64,000 nt of DNA from Octopus sinensis (lineage: Eukaryota): the NCBI RefSeq assembly GCF_006345805.1, contig NC_042999.1, positions 18,414,001 through 18,478,000 of the forward strand. The letters run 5' to 3'. Of this stretch, positions 13,114-27,607 are shown piece by piece; the stretch's first letter is position 1; every line of letters starts with the position of its first letter. Under the pieces are notes generated by a model. It saw only the letters and a program-made list of their open reading frames with translations. It did not search any database and was not told where the DNA came from. A program made the translations under genes and the position numbers.

Positions 13114-13742
13114 TATTTTTATTAATTAATTATTTTATTGTTCTGGTTTATTTTTAACCTGATAAAGGGGTAAAGACCCCCTTCGGTCATGAATGACCAT
13201 GGGATTGCACCTAGAAAGTTACCCTTCTAGACACAAGTCCGGGCAAGGTTGTTTATGGAAGACCAGCAGTCGCCCATGCATACCGGCCTCCCCTCTCCAC
13301 GCCACCAGTGTTATCCAAGGGAAAGACAAAGGCCGATACAGCTTTGCACCTGTGACGTCGCAACTCATTTCTACAGTTGAGTGAACTGGAGCAACGTTGT
13401 TACTATATTTATATCGAAATAATTTCTCTACTACTATAATCATCTCATAAATATAGCCACGAAACACGTGTCGTTATTCTAACTATTATATACATTTTTA
13501 TTATTATTATTTTTTTAAATTTACTTAATCATTCACATTTTACTGTTATTTTAATTTTAACATTTCTATTATATGTAATTTTCTAGATGGTGTAATTTAA
13601 TTGTTCATTTTGAATTAATAAAAGGTGTTTTTTTTTTCTAATTTTATATATATATATATATATTATATTGTGTGAAATATGATTTAGTATTTCTAAATTG
13701 AATTTTTTTCCTTGTATGTTTGGATTTTATTCCCTCAAATAA

Positions 13743-13745
<3 letters not shown>
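12911..13745. mobile_element. Older head-to-head pair of AT-rich Penelope-like 3' ends (12911-13055 minus; ~13110-13745 plus), with a SINE inserted
   Basis: 12911-13050 is the reverse complement of ~13500-13645; GAAACACGTGTC HHR-type stem III at 13461-13472; (TA)n flanks. Confidence 0.65.
13163..13397 (-). mobile_element. 5'-truncated SINE family D (family B body plus a distinct 3' tail)
   Basis: Reverse complement begins cgttgctccagttcactc..aaatgagttg as in 17620-17650, then diverges; ends ctttacccct. Confidence 0.7.
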
Positions 13746-13788
<43 letters not shown>

Positions 13789-14117
13789 TTAAAATCTCAA
13801 AACGATATATTCAAATCAGTTATTTCACATGAATTTATTCAGAACAATTCCAATTACTACTATTACGACCACAACAGGTCACTTTTAGGTCACTTGACCA
13901 TTTAAGAAGTTTCCTGCTACTGTCACACTACTCCCGCATTCTCCTCCTCCTCCCCCTTTTTTTCTTCTTCTTCTTCTTCTTCTTCTTCTACACCGCCTCC
14001 TTTACTACTACTGCTGCTTAAACAATCAGACAAGAATTCATGTCAAACTGCTACTAGCTGCTGCCAACTACCTAGAATTCAAAGGAGCAAAAACTCTGGA
14101 AATATTAAAAAAATTAC

Positions 14118-15341
14118 GCAGCGCAGTAATTAGAAACGGGTAGTCGTTGATAATGTTCGTATTAATCTATCAAAATATATTTAAAAAAACATTTCATTAA
14201 ATTTTTCCAGAGTTTAATTTTTTTCATGATTTACTCCAAGTTTAAAAAGTCGCAAAGGCTGAAACCGGTACTAAATTGTTCTTCATGATAAAATTATTTT
14301 TGTATTTTCTACCTTGTCTTATTTTCCTTGTATATCTATACACACATGTATACACACATTTATATATGCATATATTTACATGTATACATATTAAGACTCT
14401 ACTTTAAAAGCTGCCCTATCGAGAGCCTTTTATGATAGCTACTGGTGAGGGCTCTTCATTGAGCCTTGAGCCCAATAGTGACACTGCATGCATTGAATAC
14501 ATATTAAATTTTATCAAAGTTGACCAACATTTTTCAAGCAATGAACAATTTTCATCAAAGCAATAATATAATACTTCGACTTCGATCTTATTGCGAAGCT
14601 TCTATATAAACAGCACTTCTTTTTCTCTTCCCATTCAGGGAAGGGGGTCAGTATAATATTTTGTCTAGCTTCTTCCTCTGTCTCCCCCTCTCTTTCAGTT
14701 GATTGTTTTCGACAATCTTCATCACTAGTACCACCACTATCGCAACCAGAATTGCCATACACACAACATTCAGATTTCTGACATCACCAACATCAATACC
14801 TTTGACGTCGCCGCCTACCCCTCCAACACCATCCCCACTGTCTTTCACATCCCTTGCTACAACCGTCAGGTTTTGACCGCCTCAGGTACCACCACCACCA
14901 ACACCAATACCACCACCACCAACACCAATACCACCACCATCACCATCACCTTTGCCTCTATCAGAACTACATCTCTTACACTTACAATCACCCCATTAAC
15001 ATCTCAAGTATCAATCTACTACCGCCCTCACCATCTCTATGCCTACTATTCCTCTCACCCCACCAAAAGGAGTAGAAGTGTCAATGAATAGAGAGAGAGG
15101 GGCTCAAAGCGTGACACACTGACACACAGAAATTCGTTTTGGCATTTATTATTACAGATGCATTCATTGACGCATATGTTTATATGTATATTAATCACAA
15201 ACATAACGAATGAGATAGAAGCCACATACTATTGCTTGCATAGCATAGTGTAGAGAATCATTCTGTACCGGAGTGATGCAGCGCAGTAATTAGAAACGGG
15301 TAGTCGTTGATAATGTTCGTATTAATCTATCAAAATATATT
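14118..15341 (+). repeat. 64-bp identical direct repeat (14118-14181 and 15278-15341)
   Basis: gcagcgcagtaattagaaacgggtag...caaaatatatt at both sites. Confidence 0.9.
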
Positions 15342-16854
15342 CCGAAACTTTCCGACATTAACTTAACAGGCAAAGCATGATAATTCGCTTGTCAGCAGTT
15401 GGCAACTATCTAGTTTGCTTATATAACTGTAATGGATGCATTCCTAGCTGTCATACTTCGGTATTAACAGGAAATTTCCACTTATGAAAGAGAAGGTCAT
15501 GAGATGACTACTGGCCTCACAGTCATGTTTGCATAAATTTCACATGCCGATTGCATCATTATGAATAATGGTTTCTAATACGTGCGTGCAGAGTAAGAAC
15601 GTACGCATATATATATAATATATATATATATATTATATATATATATATATAATATATATATATATACACACACATATTTATGTATATATATATATATATA
15701 TATATACACATACATTTATGTAATATTCAAATGGATTGGGATGCAGGATTACTAATATGTAGGATGTTATGTAATGGACGCGTCCGTACGGTTTATAATC
15801 GAAGAGATTTTGTTTATACGTGCGAAATTAATGAAGTATGTATGTTATTTCGAAACATTGCCATTTATAACCTACACCGAAAATGGTCTTCAAGGAACTA
15901 CGTGATGGTAAACAGCAAAATGAAAATGATAGATAGACTTCCAGGAAATATGGTTCTCGTTGGATGGAAACTCACACCTCCTTCTTCCCCATGCGCATAC
16001 TCACACATAAACGCGCGCGCTTATGTATCTATTGACAGAGCTTTTCACACGCGTGCATGGATGTCCAGTTGCTTGTGTTGGCGGTGGATGCTGACTGCAT
16101 ATGTGAATGTGATTTTATTTGCCAAAGAATGCGAAACAAGGAGAGAAAAATAAATATCTCAACGTAAATCTGTTGAATTTTCGGTATTACTTTGAAATCT
16201 AATTTGCATCTGTCACATTCAGAAATTATCTTTAATCTACGGGTACCGAAATATCAAAAGAAGATAAACAGACTAATTTTGATTTTGAAGACTGCGTTTT
16301 CAAACCAATAATTTTCTACACATAATCAGCGATAATATAGTTAAATATTACATCATTGCTAGAGATTAAATTTATTATTATCTCATATAAATAACAGATA
16401 CACAAACAAATATCATCTATTTTTGTATGCAGACGCTTACGTAAACACACATGCATATATTTCTATACTCTGTCTGCAAGAATATAGCACTACCAGTAAC
16501 GTTTCCACGAAGTCCATTACAATTTAGGTTTTGCAATACTATCGCGTTCAATCTGTTATAGACTAACAGCTGGAAGAAAGACATGCTCAGGGAGAAGATT
16601 CTAAAGGTTCACTGGTCGTAGTTTGGACAATGGTCTGAGCATATTTATTAGTACGTGACCTAGAAGGATAGGAGCAGCAGAAATGGTTGGAGGAGGAAAA
16701 TGCGAATATGTTGGATGTACTTGATTTGTGGTGTTACGATGTCAACTAGCTTCAATGAAGTGAGGTAATCATAGTGACAGAAAAGACGAAAGTGAAAAGA
16801 CTCCATACATGTGGGTCACTGCCTAGAGTGTACGTCTTCCTTCTTCAATTCTCT

Positions 16855-17060
16855 AGTGCGAGTGAAATAGGGTTCACAACATTAATAATAATATATTTTT
16901 ATCATAAATGATCCTGCAGTTCTTTCTACTTCACGTAAAATATTCTTTGCATTCTTTTATTGTCATATATTTACGAGTGTTATAAATTTTATAGGTAAAA
17001 TATATTTCTGGGTACGAATTACGATTCGTGACTTTGCTACTATGGGAAACTATAGTCTCT
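16855..17060 (+). mobile_element. Second fragment of the Tigger-like element at 7400-7858
   Basis: Matches 7588-7790. Confidence 0.75.
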
Positions 17061-17328
17061 GTGCAAAGTAGCATATATATGTGTGTGTGTGTGCGCGCGT
17101 TACGTCGAATTCTGTCTGCCTTTTAGTTTTATGAAGTCTATATTTCTTTCGTTTCAGGAAAATAGCAATACAACATGGTCAATGCGATAATCCAAATCTC
17201 TTTGAATGTTACCTAGGTAATAGCATTTCAAATGTATTCTTCTGATCAATCCGAATGTTGATAACTGGTTGAAATATAGTCATGGATGGTGTAATTTCTG
17301 GTATAGAATTCGCACATGATGATCTTTA

Positions 17329-17830
<502 letters not shown>

Positions 17831-17833
17831 TTC

Positions 17834-17871
<38 letters not shown>

Positions 17872-18333
17872 GTATATATTCGTATATATCTGTTCTCGGT
17901 GTATACGGTGAGTCTTATTTCAACACGTTTTGAATGTTCTTTTGTATTTCCTGTATTGTTTCTACTAGAGAATCACTAATGTCGACGCTTGGAGATCATT
18001 TTGGGTGTGAGATGATATACTTTTTATTGTACGTATAGAGGTGAGTTTATACGTATGTTATGACACCCTGTCTGATTGCATTTTCTCATTTACCTAAAAT
18101 GGAATTCAATGTCCTTTGTGAACCTTTTAATATTTAGTATTTCATTTGGATTTAATAAAAAGTTGTGCACGTGTCGATTCTTATATATTTCATACAAGTT
18201 TTCATTATTTCAGTGACACTATAAACACTATACGATCATCGTATCTACTGTGTTATATTGCTAATTTCACGGATATTATGTTCGGCGTAGGTGAAAACAT
18301 CATGTAATACATTCATAGATTTACAGAATGTCA

Positions 18334-19036
18334 GGATATTTATCTTTTGACCGACAGATTTTAAAAAAAGAATTTTTTGTGACTAAACACTTTCAAACTT
18401 CGGACACTGGTAGAATGTGTCATACAAAACATGTTTTGCTATTAGCACTTTTGAGAAAAACTTATATTTAGGAAGTTATTTCACGTTAAATATCTCGTAT
18501 TTCGGAAAAGTCCAACCAATCAATGACGTGTATTCATCTGAATAAAATTACTGCCGTTGTTTGTCAACAACTATCGGTGGTGTATTTTTCGTTTGTCACT
18601 GTTATTTATGGTATCGTTCGTGCGTTTGTACTGGTTTTAAGGTTTTAGTGTTAAGGGTAAGATTTTGGGGTTAGGGTCTTGGGGTTAGGGTTAGTGATTT
18701 AGGAATAGAGGTAGAGTTAGGTTTTTAGGGTTGGGGTTAGAGTTTTAGGGTTAGTGTTGTCATAAAATCAGTGAAAAACGAAATATACACCGCCGGAAGT
18801 TCTTGTTGACAAACTACGGCAGTAATTTTATTCAGCTGAATAAACGTCATTGATTGGTTGAAATTACCGAAAGGCGAGAACTTTAACATGGAATAACATC
18901 TTAAATATAATTTTTTCTCAAAAATGCTAAGAGTAAAATATGTTTTATATGACACATTCTACCAATGTCCGAAGTTTGAAAGTGTTTAGTTACAAAAAAT
19001 TATTTTTTAAATATGTAGGTCAAAAGGTAAAGATTC
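18334..19036. mobile_element. MITE/foldback element with ~270-bp TIRs and a central degenerate (TTAGGG)n tract
   Basis: 18336-18610 is the reverse complement of 18761-19034; centre ggggttagggtcttggggttagggttag. Confidence 0.85.
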
Positions 19037-19218
19037 GAAAGCCATTGTATTCATATGACGTCTGCTTATTTTGTATCATTTTGTGTTTAGCTTTCATATT
19101 AGGTGGTCTAATTCCATTCATATGAAAATTGTTATTGCTTACTATGATGTTATGATACTGCGTTGTATTGATAAATTACATGTAATCTCTCAAATGTTTT
19201 GTTGAGAGATATCGTTTT

Positions 19219-19379
19219 AAAATTAGTGTAAAATTTAGAATTTTAGGAAAAGGAAATATGCCAAATGTTAATGGCGTCTGAGAACATGCTTCTGTTCTTT
19301 TTTTAAATTAGCGTAAATTTTAGAATTTTAGCAATAGGAAATGTTCCTAGTGTTAATGATATCTGAGAACATGCTTTTG
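19219..19379 (+). repeat. Diverged ~86-bp tandem duplication
   Basis: aaattag.gtaaa.tttagaattttag..ctgagaacatgctt occurs twice. Confidence 0.75.
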
Positions 19380-19696
19380 AATGACGCTGTATATCACATT
19401 CCTATCATAGTCGCAATTATCTATAGCTAATTAATCCTGATTCAGTCGCTTAATGTATTGTTAGGAATTGATTTATGCATAGATATAGGACATTTGTATG
19501 TAAATAACACTATTATAAATTTGTTTTGTCTGTGCTGATCATAGTTATTTTGCATAATATAATTGAGGCCTATTGTATATGGCGGTGCTATATTGTATAC
19601 CTGATTAGTATTCACAAATCTTTTTCTGCTCTGCGTTGTTTATCTCGTAATTTCACATTGTAAACGTATAGGATGATTATTACGTAAACGCTATAT

Positions 19697-19986
19697 CCCT
19701 CTCGACACATGGCTATGATGTTCCCCCACTACTTCTGCTGTGGTCAGAGATACACATATCGTCCGCCACTAAGGGACATGCTCAACTGTTTAAGGTCAAA
19801 CAACTAACAAGCAAATATGTGGTATTGAGCAGAATATATGCTGTAGCCTATCATTTATACCAAGACAAAGCAATGTACATGATGACACTTCCAATCGGTT
19901 AAGATCAGAAGCCATGAGAGCCACTGCCTGGTACAGCATCAGGGCAAAAGAAGCCATGAAAGCCACTGGCTGGTATTGCATTTGGG

Positions 19987-19988
<2 letters not shown>
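19697..19988. repeat. Probable interspersed repeat end abutting (ATT)n, with an internal ~40-bp duplication
   Basis: agaagccatgagagccactg..agggca repeated; no second copy in the window. Confidence 0.4.
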
Positions 19989-20034
<46 letters not shown>

Positions 20035-20044
20035 TGTCATTTAC

Positions 20045-20520
20045 TTTTAATCTGCATGTTTGATGCAATCACTTGCCGGGGCACACCCAGCGCCCTAGGG
20101 CAAGTGAAGGTTAAGAGTTGTTGAAATATAGCTGAAAGCTTGGGGAGGGGAAGTAGAGAAATATCTCCATGTAATACAAACACGAACAGTTACATTGATA
20201 GGGTTTTTCTAAGGTTGTGGGCAGTATTTGTTAGCACAATCTTTTGGATTTCCTTGAGACATGGTTCTCCAGGGATATTGTCTAGGTGTTTCTGACATCC
20301 CTTTTTTATCATACCTAGGTCACCTACAATAACAGGAACAAATTTTGTTTTAATATTCCACATCATTTGTATTTCGATTTCCAGGTCCTTATATTTACTA
20401 AGTTTGTCAAATTCCTTTACAGATACATTGGGAACGCTTACCTCTATTAGTCTGCAGGTATTTTCTTCCCTGTCTTTAACAATTATGTCTGGTCGATTAG
20501 CCTTGATCGTTCTGTCAGTG
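20045..20520 (-). mobile_element. R4/Dong-like non-LTR retrotransposon 3' fragment (restriction-like endonuclease)
   Basis: TDRTIKANRPDIIVKD..LIEVSVP..KEFDKLSKYKDLEIEI..IQKIVL..AHNLRK; bounded by (TAA)n. Confidence 0.85.
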
Positions 20521-20544
20521 TTATTATTATTATTATTATTATTA

Positions 20545-20586
<42 letters not shown>

Positions 20587-20590
<4 letters not shown>

Positions 20591-21205
20591 TAGTTTTATT
20601 TTTATAGCGTGCTTTCACTTCACTACCGAGCGCAGCTCTGTGTGCCTTGGGTATGTGCTGTGATTTGTTGTGATGCTCTGATGGTTATTGTATGGAAAGT
20701 GTTCTGCGTAGGATGTGTGCAGTGTCTAGTAGTGCAATTTTCTGTATGTTATATGTGTTTGTAAGTCCTGGTGTTTTTGTTATGTATTTATCTGAATATT
20801 TTTTTATCATGCCTATTGCACCTACTATGATAGGAATTGTTTCTGTTTTCAGATTCCACATTCTAGTTACCTCTATTTCCAGGTCTTTGTATTTTGAGAG
20901 TTTCTCCATTTCTTTTAGAGACACGTTGTCATCTGCCGGTATTGATACATCAATTAGAAAGCAATTTTTTCTTCATGATCTCTGACAACTATATCTGGTC
21001 TGTTGGCCTTAATTTCTCTATCTGTGTGTATCGGCATATCCCAGAGTATGGTTGCTTTCTCGTTTTCTGTGACCTTTTCTGGTGTGTGCCTATACCATCT
21101 TTTTTCTGTTGTTATTCCATAATGTTGGCATAGCTTCCAATGTATGTAGATTCCAACTCATGTCTGTGAATATATTCCTTCTTAGCCAGGACTGGGCAGC
21201 TAGAG

Positions 21206-21207
<2 letters not shown>
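20587..21207 (-). mobile_element. Second R4/Dong-like 3' fragment, different subfamily
   Basis: IISSCPVLAKKEYIHRH..RPDIVV..FLIDVSIP..KEMEKLSKYKDLEIE..TAHILRRTL; bounded by (TAA)n. Confidence 0.88.
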
Positions 21208-21265
<58 letters not shown>

Positions 21266-21272
21266 GTGATTA

Positions 21273-21500
21273 ATGTGGTGATTTAGCAGAACGGTAAGCA
21301 CGCCAAACAAAACGTTTAGCGGTATTTCTTTCGTCTTTACGTTCTGATTTCATATTTCACTGAAGTCGAATTTGCCTTACTTCCTTCATTCCTTTTTTCT
21401 TTTCGGGGTCAATAAACTTAGTTCCATTCAAGTACTGGTGTCAATGTTATCGACTTACCATCTCCGCAAAAATAGCCGGCCAATGCCAAAAGATTGAAAC
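21273..21500 (+). mobile_element. SINE family F, diverged
   Basis: Matches 33574-33982. Confidence 0.7.
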
Positions 21501-22065
21501 TATCAACATCACCATCATTATCGTCGTCGTTTTAATCGTAATCATCGAATCATCGCGGTCGTCATCATAGTCATTGTTGCCGTCGTAATCATCATCGTCA
21601 TTGTCATTTTTTTCCTTCCGGATATTTCGAAAATGCTTCGTGCTACACTGTGAATGTTGGTACAATATATTTCGTGTCATCAGCTGTTGATTATAGCGTA
21701 TGTTAAGAAACTAATACGTTTAAAGCTTAGTGACTATAAGAAACTGTGTTGGCTAATGTCACATCAGATACAGGGATGTTAAGTGACAATAAAGAAATGC
21801 AAATTACTTCACTAAAATCGTGACCAAATTGAACAACGTAGAGGAATATCTATCGCTATGTCTACAAGAAAGAGTAATTAAAATTGTCGGTGAGTGAGGT
21901 GGGGACCAGAACAAAAGAATTTAAAACTAACCAACATGTTTCATGTTTTCACTTTGCGTAGTAAGTAGTCGGATTGTGCTAAAGTGAAAGTACATAAACA
22001 GAATGTAGAATGTAAAACACACGTACAGAAAAATGTACATGCACAGAAGCATATGTACGTAATAT

Positions 22066-22130
<65 letters not shown>

Positions 22131-22380
22131 TATAATGTATATATAAAAACTATATATAATATATATATATACGTATATATATATATATATATATGTATAT
22201 ATAATATACATATACACACACACATGCATATATATATATTATATATATATACGTATATACATATATATACATGCATATATATATATGTTTTATATATATA
22301 TATATGGGCGTTATGTTTATATGTATATTTAAATGCAGACACAAACGCATGCACTCTTTCCTACTAAACACACGCGCACA

Positions 22381-22420
<40 letters not shown>

Positions 22421-22703
22421 CACACGTAAGCTACACATGTGTAATTCTATTAAATTGCAAACTAATAACTCTTTCGTTTATATTACCTTCGGCGTAAAGA
22501 AAATAACAAGAAATTGAAAATTAAATGAATAGCTAATAAAATATGAATACACTGGAATTTGGCATCGACTTCATGAAAAAGTTTCGAAAGGAACACACAT
22601 AGATATACGGACAAGGCATTAATGAATGCGTGGTACACGCAACGCATACGCACATTCACATGTACATTAACACGAGCAATATATATGTATATATATATAT
22701 ATG

Positions 22704-22746
<43 letters not shown>

Positions 22747-22770
22747 TGTATATATATATATATGTATATA

Positions 22771-22804
<34 letters not shown>

Positions 22805-22928
22805 CTATATATATATATTACATATATATTCATATATATATATATAGAGAGAGAGAGATAGGTACACATCGATACATATATGTATATATATACATACATA
22901 TATATATATATACATACATATATATATA

Positions 22929-22974
<46 letters not shown>

Positions 22975-23308
22975 CATGGACACGTGCACCACATACACAA
23001 CCACACACACGCACACACACTTGTTAACATTTGTATGTTATATATGGATATAGAGTGATACGAATATATACTCAAATATATATTGATATCAATATGAGTG
23101 CATCTACGTATTCAGATAGATAATGACGCACACAATTACATATTCACACACAGATATATATACACACATACATACGCACACATATATGTGTATATATATA
23201 TATACGTACACACAAACACACACGTACATACATACATACATACATACATACATGCATACATACATACATACATACATACATGCATACATACATACATACA
23301 TACATACA

Positions 23309-23342
<34 letters not shown>

Positions 23343-24018
23343 GGCATATATCAATCTATACTGAATAATTATAAGCTGCCTTCAAATATCCTTCAAATTC
23401 CTCTTTTTTTAATCAATTGATTACGCATTTGAATATTATTTTAATAAAATTTAATGGGATTAATATATACAAGCTTTGAATCGATTCTATGTATCAAATA
23501 TTTTTATATGTTATCGTTTAGTCCATATTGCTTTCATAATATTTCATAGTTTTGGTAAATATTTCCGACGTTTAATTAAATTTTTCGTTGCATCAAAAAT
23601 TGAAAAATATTGTACATCAATGTTGTTACAAATATTTTCAGTGTGCAGAAACAACTCTATTCCAGATAGTGTGTTTTATAAAATTTGATGTATCGATAAC
23701 TCTACGTAGGATGTTCACTGCAAATGCATAGGAATCACATGAGATCCCTAATAAGGATCGAAAATCGATTAAGGCGATTAAACAGGAAAATTTGTTTGTA
23801 TACTACGTAGCTTAACGTACATTATATCGTATCTTAATCGTTTGTAATGTGTGACGTTGTTCACGGGCTTCTGGTATTAAATGAAATTAAAATACTAATG
23901 GTATGAACATTAGTAATTATTGTTCTCAGAACTCATTAGGCTCAGTGTATATATAAACAGAAGGGCTATTTATTTCTCTAGGATTGGATAAATATTGTAG
24001 ACTCTTTGTATGAGATCT

Positions 24019-24345
24019 AAATACTTACTCATACCCATGGGTATGAGTAAGTATTTCACTTATATCTCACGATGAGGGGAAAATTTATCATTAATTTACC
24101 CCGAAATTGGACCAATACGGTAATAAAGAATTTTTTAGAGATTTCTATCGGTTTGTTTCGAGACGCATAAATTATAATGGTTATTGAAAAGTTTTGTCTT
24201 TTTTTCGGCATATTTGGCATTTGAATTTTTCTTTTGCCCTTATCTTGTAAATTATTCATAAAGTTAACCTTTAAAGGTATTTTTTGATATGCTGGCCATT
24301 GATAAAAAAATTTTTCACGAAAAAAATTTTATCCTACATTAAGTT
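24019..24345 (+). mobile_element. HHR-bearing pLTR-like element (family of 58302-58829) with a 38-bp fold-back palindrome at its 5' end
   Basis: aaatacttactcataccca/tgggtatgagtaagtattt; remainder is the reverse complement of 58302-58620; HHR 5' stem deleted. Confidence 0.8.
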
Positions 24346-24631
24346 ATATATATGCGGTATGCTGTATGTAGGACAGACGGGATGCCGGTTGTCCGACCGA
24401 TTCACAGAATTTGAGGGACGTTCGCCTACACTCTTTTTCTCCCGTCGCACACCACTTCCGCTCGGCCGGCCATTCCCTAGATGACATCTCAGTGTTTGGT
24501 CTCGCCCCCCACAATGTTCGCCCACATTCCAGGCTCCCCTTGGAGCAACGCTACATCTTCACCCTACAAACTACTACCCCATACGGACTTAACACAGCCC
24601 CTCCTCTTGAGGTCCTCTTCTTCTTCCTTTT

Positions 24632-27320
24632 TTTGTTTCCCGGATACACCACCCACACACACACACCTACCTACCTCCCACACGCCTGTTCACACACACA
24701 CATACGTAGACACATCTACGTACATACATTCACACATTTAATCACACACACTTATAGACATACATGCACACACTAACATACAAACCAACATGCACATACA
24801 CACACACATACATACATACACACACACATACATACTTACACACACACACACACACACAGACATACATACACACATACATACACACATACATACGCACATA
24901 CATACACCAACTCACACACACACACCGCACGTACATACTTCACACACACACACATGCACACATACATGTAGGCACACACACATACATACATACCCACACA
25001 TGCACACCCTTACACTGAATGCACACACACATACACCTTTTTGCATCCAGGCAGCCCCCCCTCTTTTCTGCTTTCCGGTTTTGGCTGATGGATCCTCGGT
25101 TCCCGCGTAGCGGGTCGGTCGAGGGCCTTTGCGCTCGCGCGCCTTGGCGCGCGCTGGGGGCTTGGTCGGCCCCATGGGCTTGCGTTGTATTGCTTGTGTG
25201 TTGTGTGCGTGAGCGCGCTTCGTGTGTGTGGGCTTGCTTCGGGTGTGTGCGTGCGTATGTATACATACATACCCACACACTCGCATGCATTCCTACCCAC
25301 ATACATACACGCACACCTACTCACACACACACATACACACACACATACCCGCACACACACACACACATACATACACACACATACCTACTTCAGACATACA
25401 CACACACAGACATACACCCATACACTCACACTCACACGCATACACACACACATACACACGCACACTTACACATACACACACACACCTACATATATACATT
25501 ACACTTGTACACACACACACTTTCATTCATACACACACACACCTACACAGCCATACCCTCACTCAGACACACACACCTACCTACACACACACACAAACAC
25601 ACACAGACACACACCCATACATACATACATCTACACACACACGCCTACACACATACATACACACATACATAAACACACACACATACACATACACACACAT
25701 ACGCACACACACATATACTTATACACATGCACACACACACACACATACATACATACACCCATACACATACACACACACATACCTACATACTCCTATACGC
25801 ACATACATACACACAGACATACACACATACACACTCACACAAACATACACACACATACTTACACACACACTCGCCTGCACGCGCACACACATGCATGACA
25901 AACACCATACACTCACACTCACATACGCACACACCAACATAAACACGCACACGCACACACACACCTACACTCCCACACACATACATACGCACCTACATAC
26001 ATACACGCACGCATACACACGCACACACACGCATACACACATACATTACACACGTACACACACACCTACATACACATGCATACACACACACACACAAACA
26101 TGCACGGACACACCCAGACATACATACATACACCTATACACACACGCCCACACACCTACATACACACACATACACGGACACACCCATACATACTTACATA
26201 CATACACCTATACACACACGCCTACACACCTACATACACACACATGCATACACACACACACATGTACGCACATACACACACATATACGCACATACATATA
26301 TACCCACACATATGCACACACACACACATACGCACATACATGCATGCATGCACACGCGCACACCTACACGCATACATGCATACATGCATACACACAGACA
26401 CACGCACGTACACATACATACATACACACACACATACATACACCCATACACATACATGCATCCTACTCACACATACATACACACTCACACATATACACAC
26501 ACACACACACACTCACTCACACACCTGTATGTACGCGCACACACATGCACATACACACACTTCCACACACCCACACGTACATACATACACACTCATACAC
26601 ATACACACACACACACACGGACATACATCTATGCACACACATATATACACACATACTTACATACATTCATAGGACACACTGACACCCAGACATACACACA
26701 GACACACTCACACATCCAAACACATACATACTTACACACACACTCGCAGGTGCGCGCACACACGCGCTTGCGCCGGTTCGCGCACGCATACGCGCATGCA
26801 TGCACCTCGCTCTTGGACCCGACGACACCTCCCGCTCGTTTCTGGGGCCGTCGCCTGTCGATGGGTTCTCCCACGCCCGTCTCCGCGGGACCACTCTTCC
26901 ATCTTCCCCTCAGCTGGAGTCCTTTTTCCTTATAACCCCCCCTTTTTTGTTACACACACGCGCACACATGCATACACCCACTCACACACACACATTGCTT
27001 AAATATATACATTACTCTTACACACACTTCAAATCTACTCGCCATTAATACAACTACGACACTGGACACACACACACTACTACTCAACACACACGCTGGC
27101 ACGTTACATACGTCCCCACCCCTTCCCCTCCCTCCCTTCCTCCTTCCTTCATTTTCTTACTACTGACCACCGTCTGCTATGCCTACTACTGTTCGCCCTA
27201 CCTCACACGCCTACACACAGACGCACACACTAACATATACATATATTTTTTGTTTTTTTATCTCGCCTCACACACACATACACACACGCACACACTCACA
27301 CATACACACACATCTGTTGC
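24632..27320. repeat. Degenerate (CA)/(CATA)-rich tract with two GC-rich islets (25040-25250, 26740-26940)
   Basis: Direct reading. Confidence 0.9.
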
Positions 27321-27484
27321 GTTACCAACCCTGTCTCCACTCTTTTGCCTTTAAAAACCTACTTTGCTCTTGTTATCGTAAACTTCCGTCTTTCACCATG
27401 TGTACTTCGTAAACACCAGTCGTTTTTTTTTCTCCCTCTTGTTGCCCACTTGGGATCTTTCTTTCCTCTCTCTTCTTTCTTTAT

Positions 27485-27520
27485 GTTTCCAACGAAGAGC
27501 TCCGCTCGAAACGTCATACC
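27485..27520 (+). ncRNA. Minimal HHR-like motif with degenerate core
   Basis: gttt CCAACGA A GAGC ucc GCUC GAAACGUC. Confidence 0.5.
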
Positions 27521-27607
27521 TTCCTGCTTCCATCTTTCCTGAGCGCCTATTAATAATAATACTGTAATTGTTCCACGTGTTGTTTTTTCTGTTTTCCCGT
27601 TTGGATT

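Noticed and set aside
15680-16153. 157-aa ORF
   Set aside because: Begins in a (TA)n repeat and has no recognisable domain.
18640-18755. True telomere or chromosome fusion site
   Set aside because: Short, degenerate, single orientation and enclosed by TIRs.
25019-26935. Long His/Thr-rich ORFs (up to 486 aa)
   Set aside because: Translations of CA/CATA repeats that lack stop codons; no coding signal.
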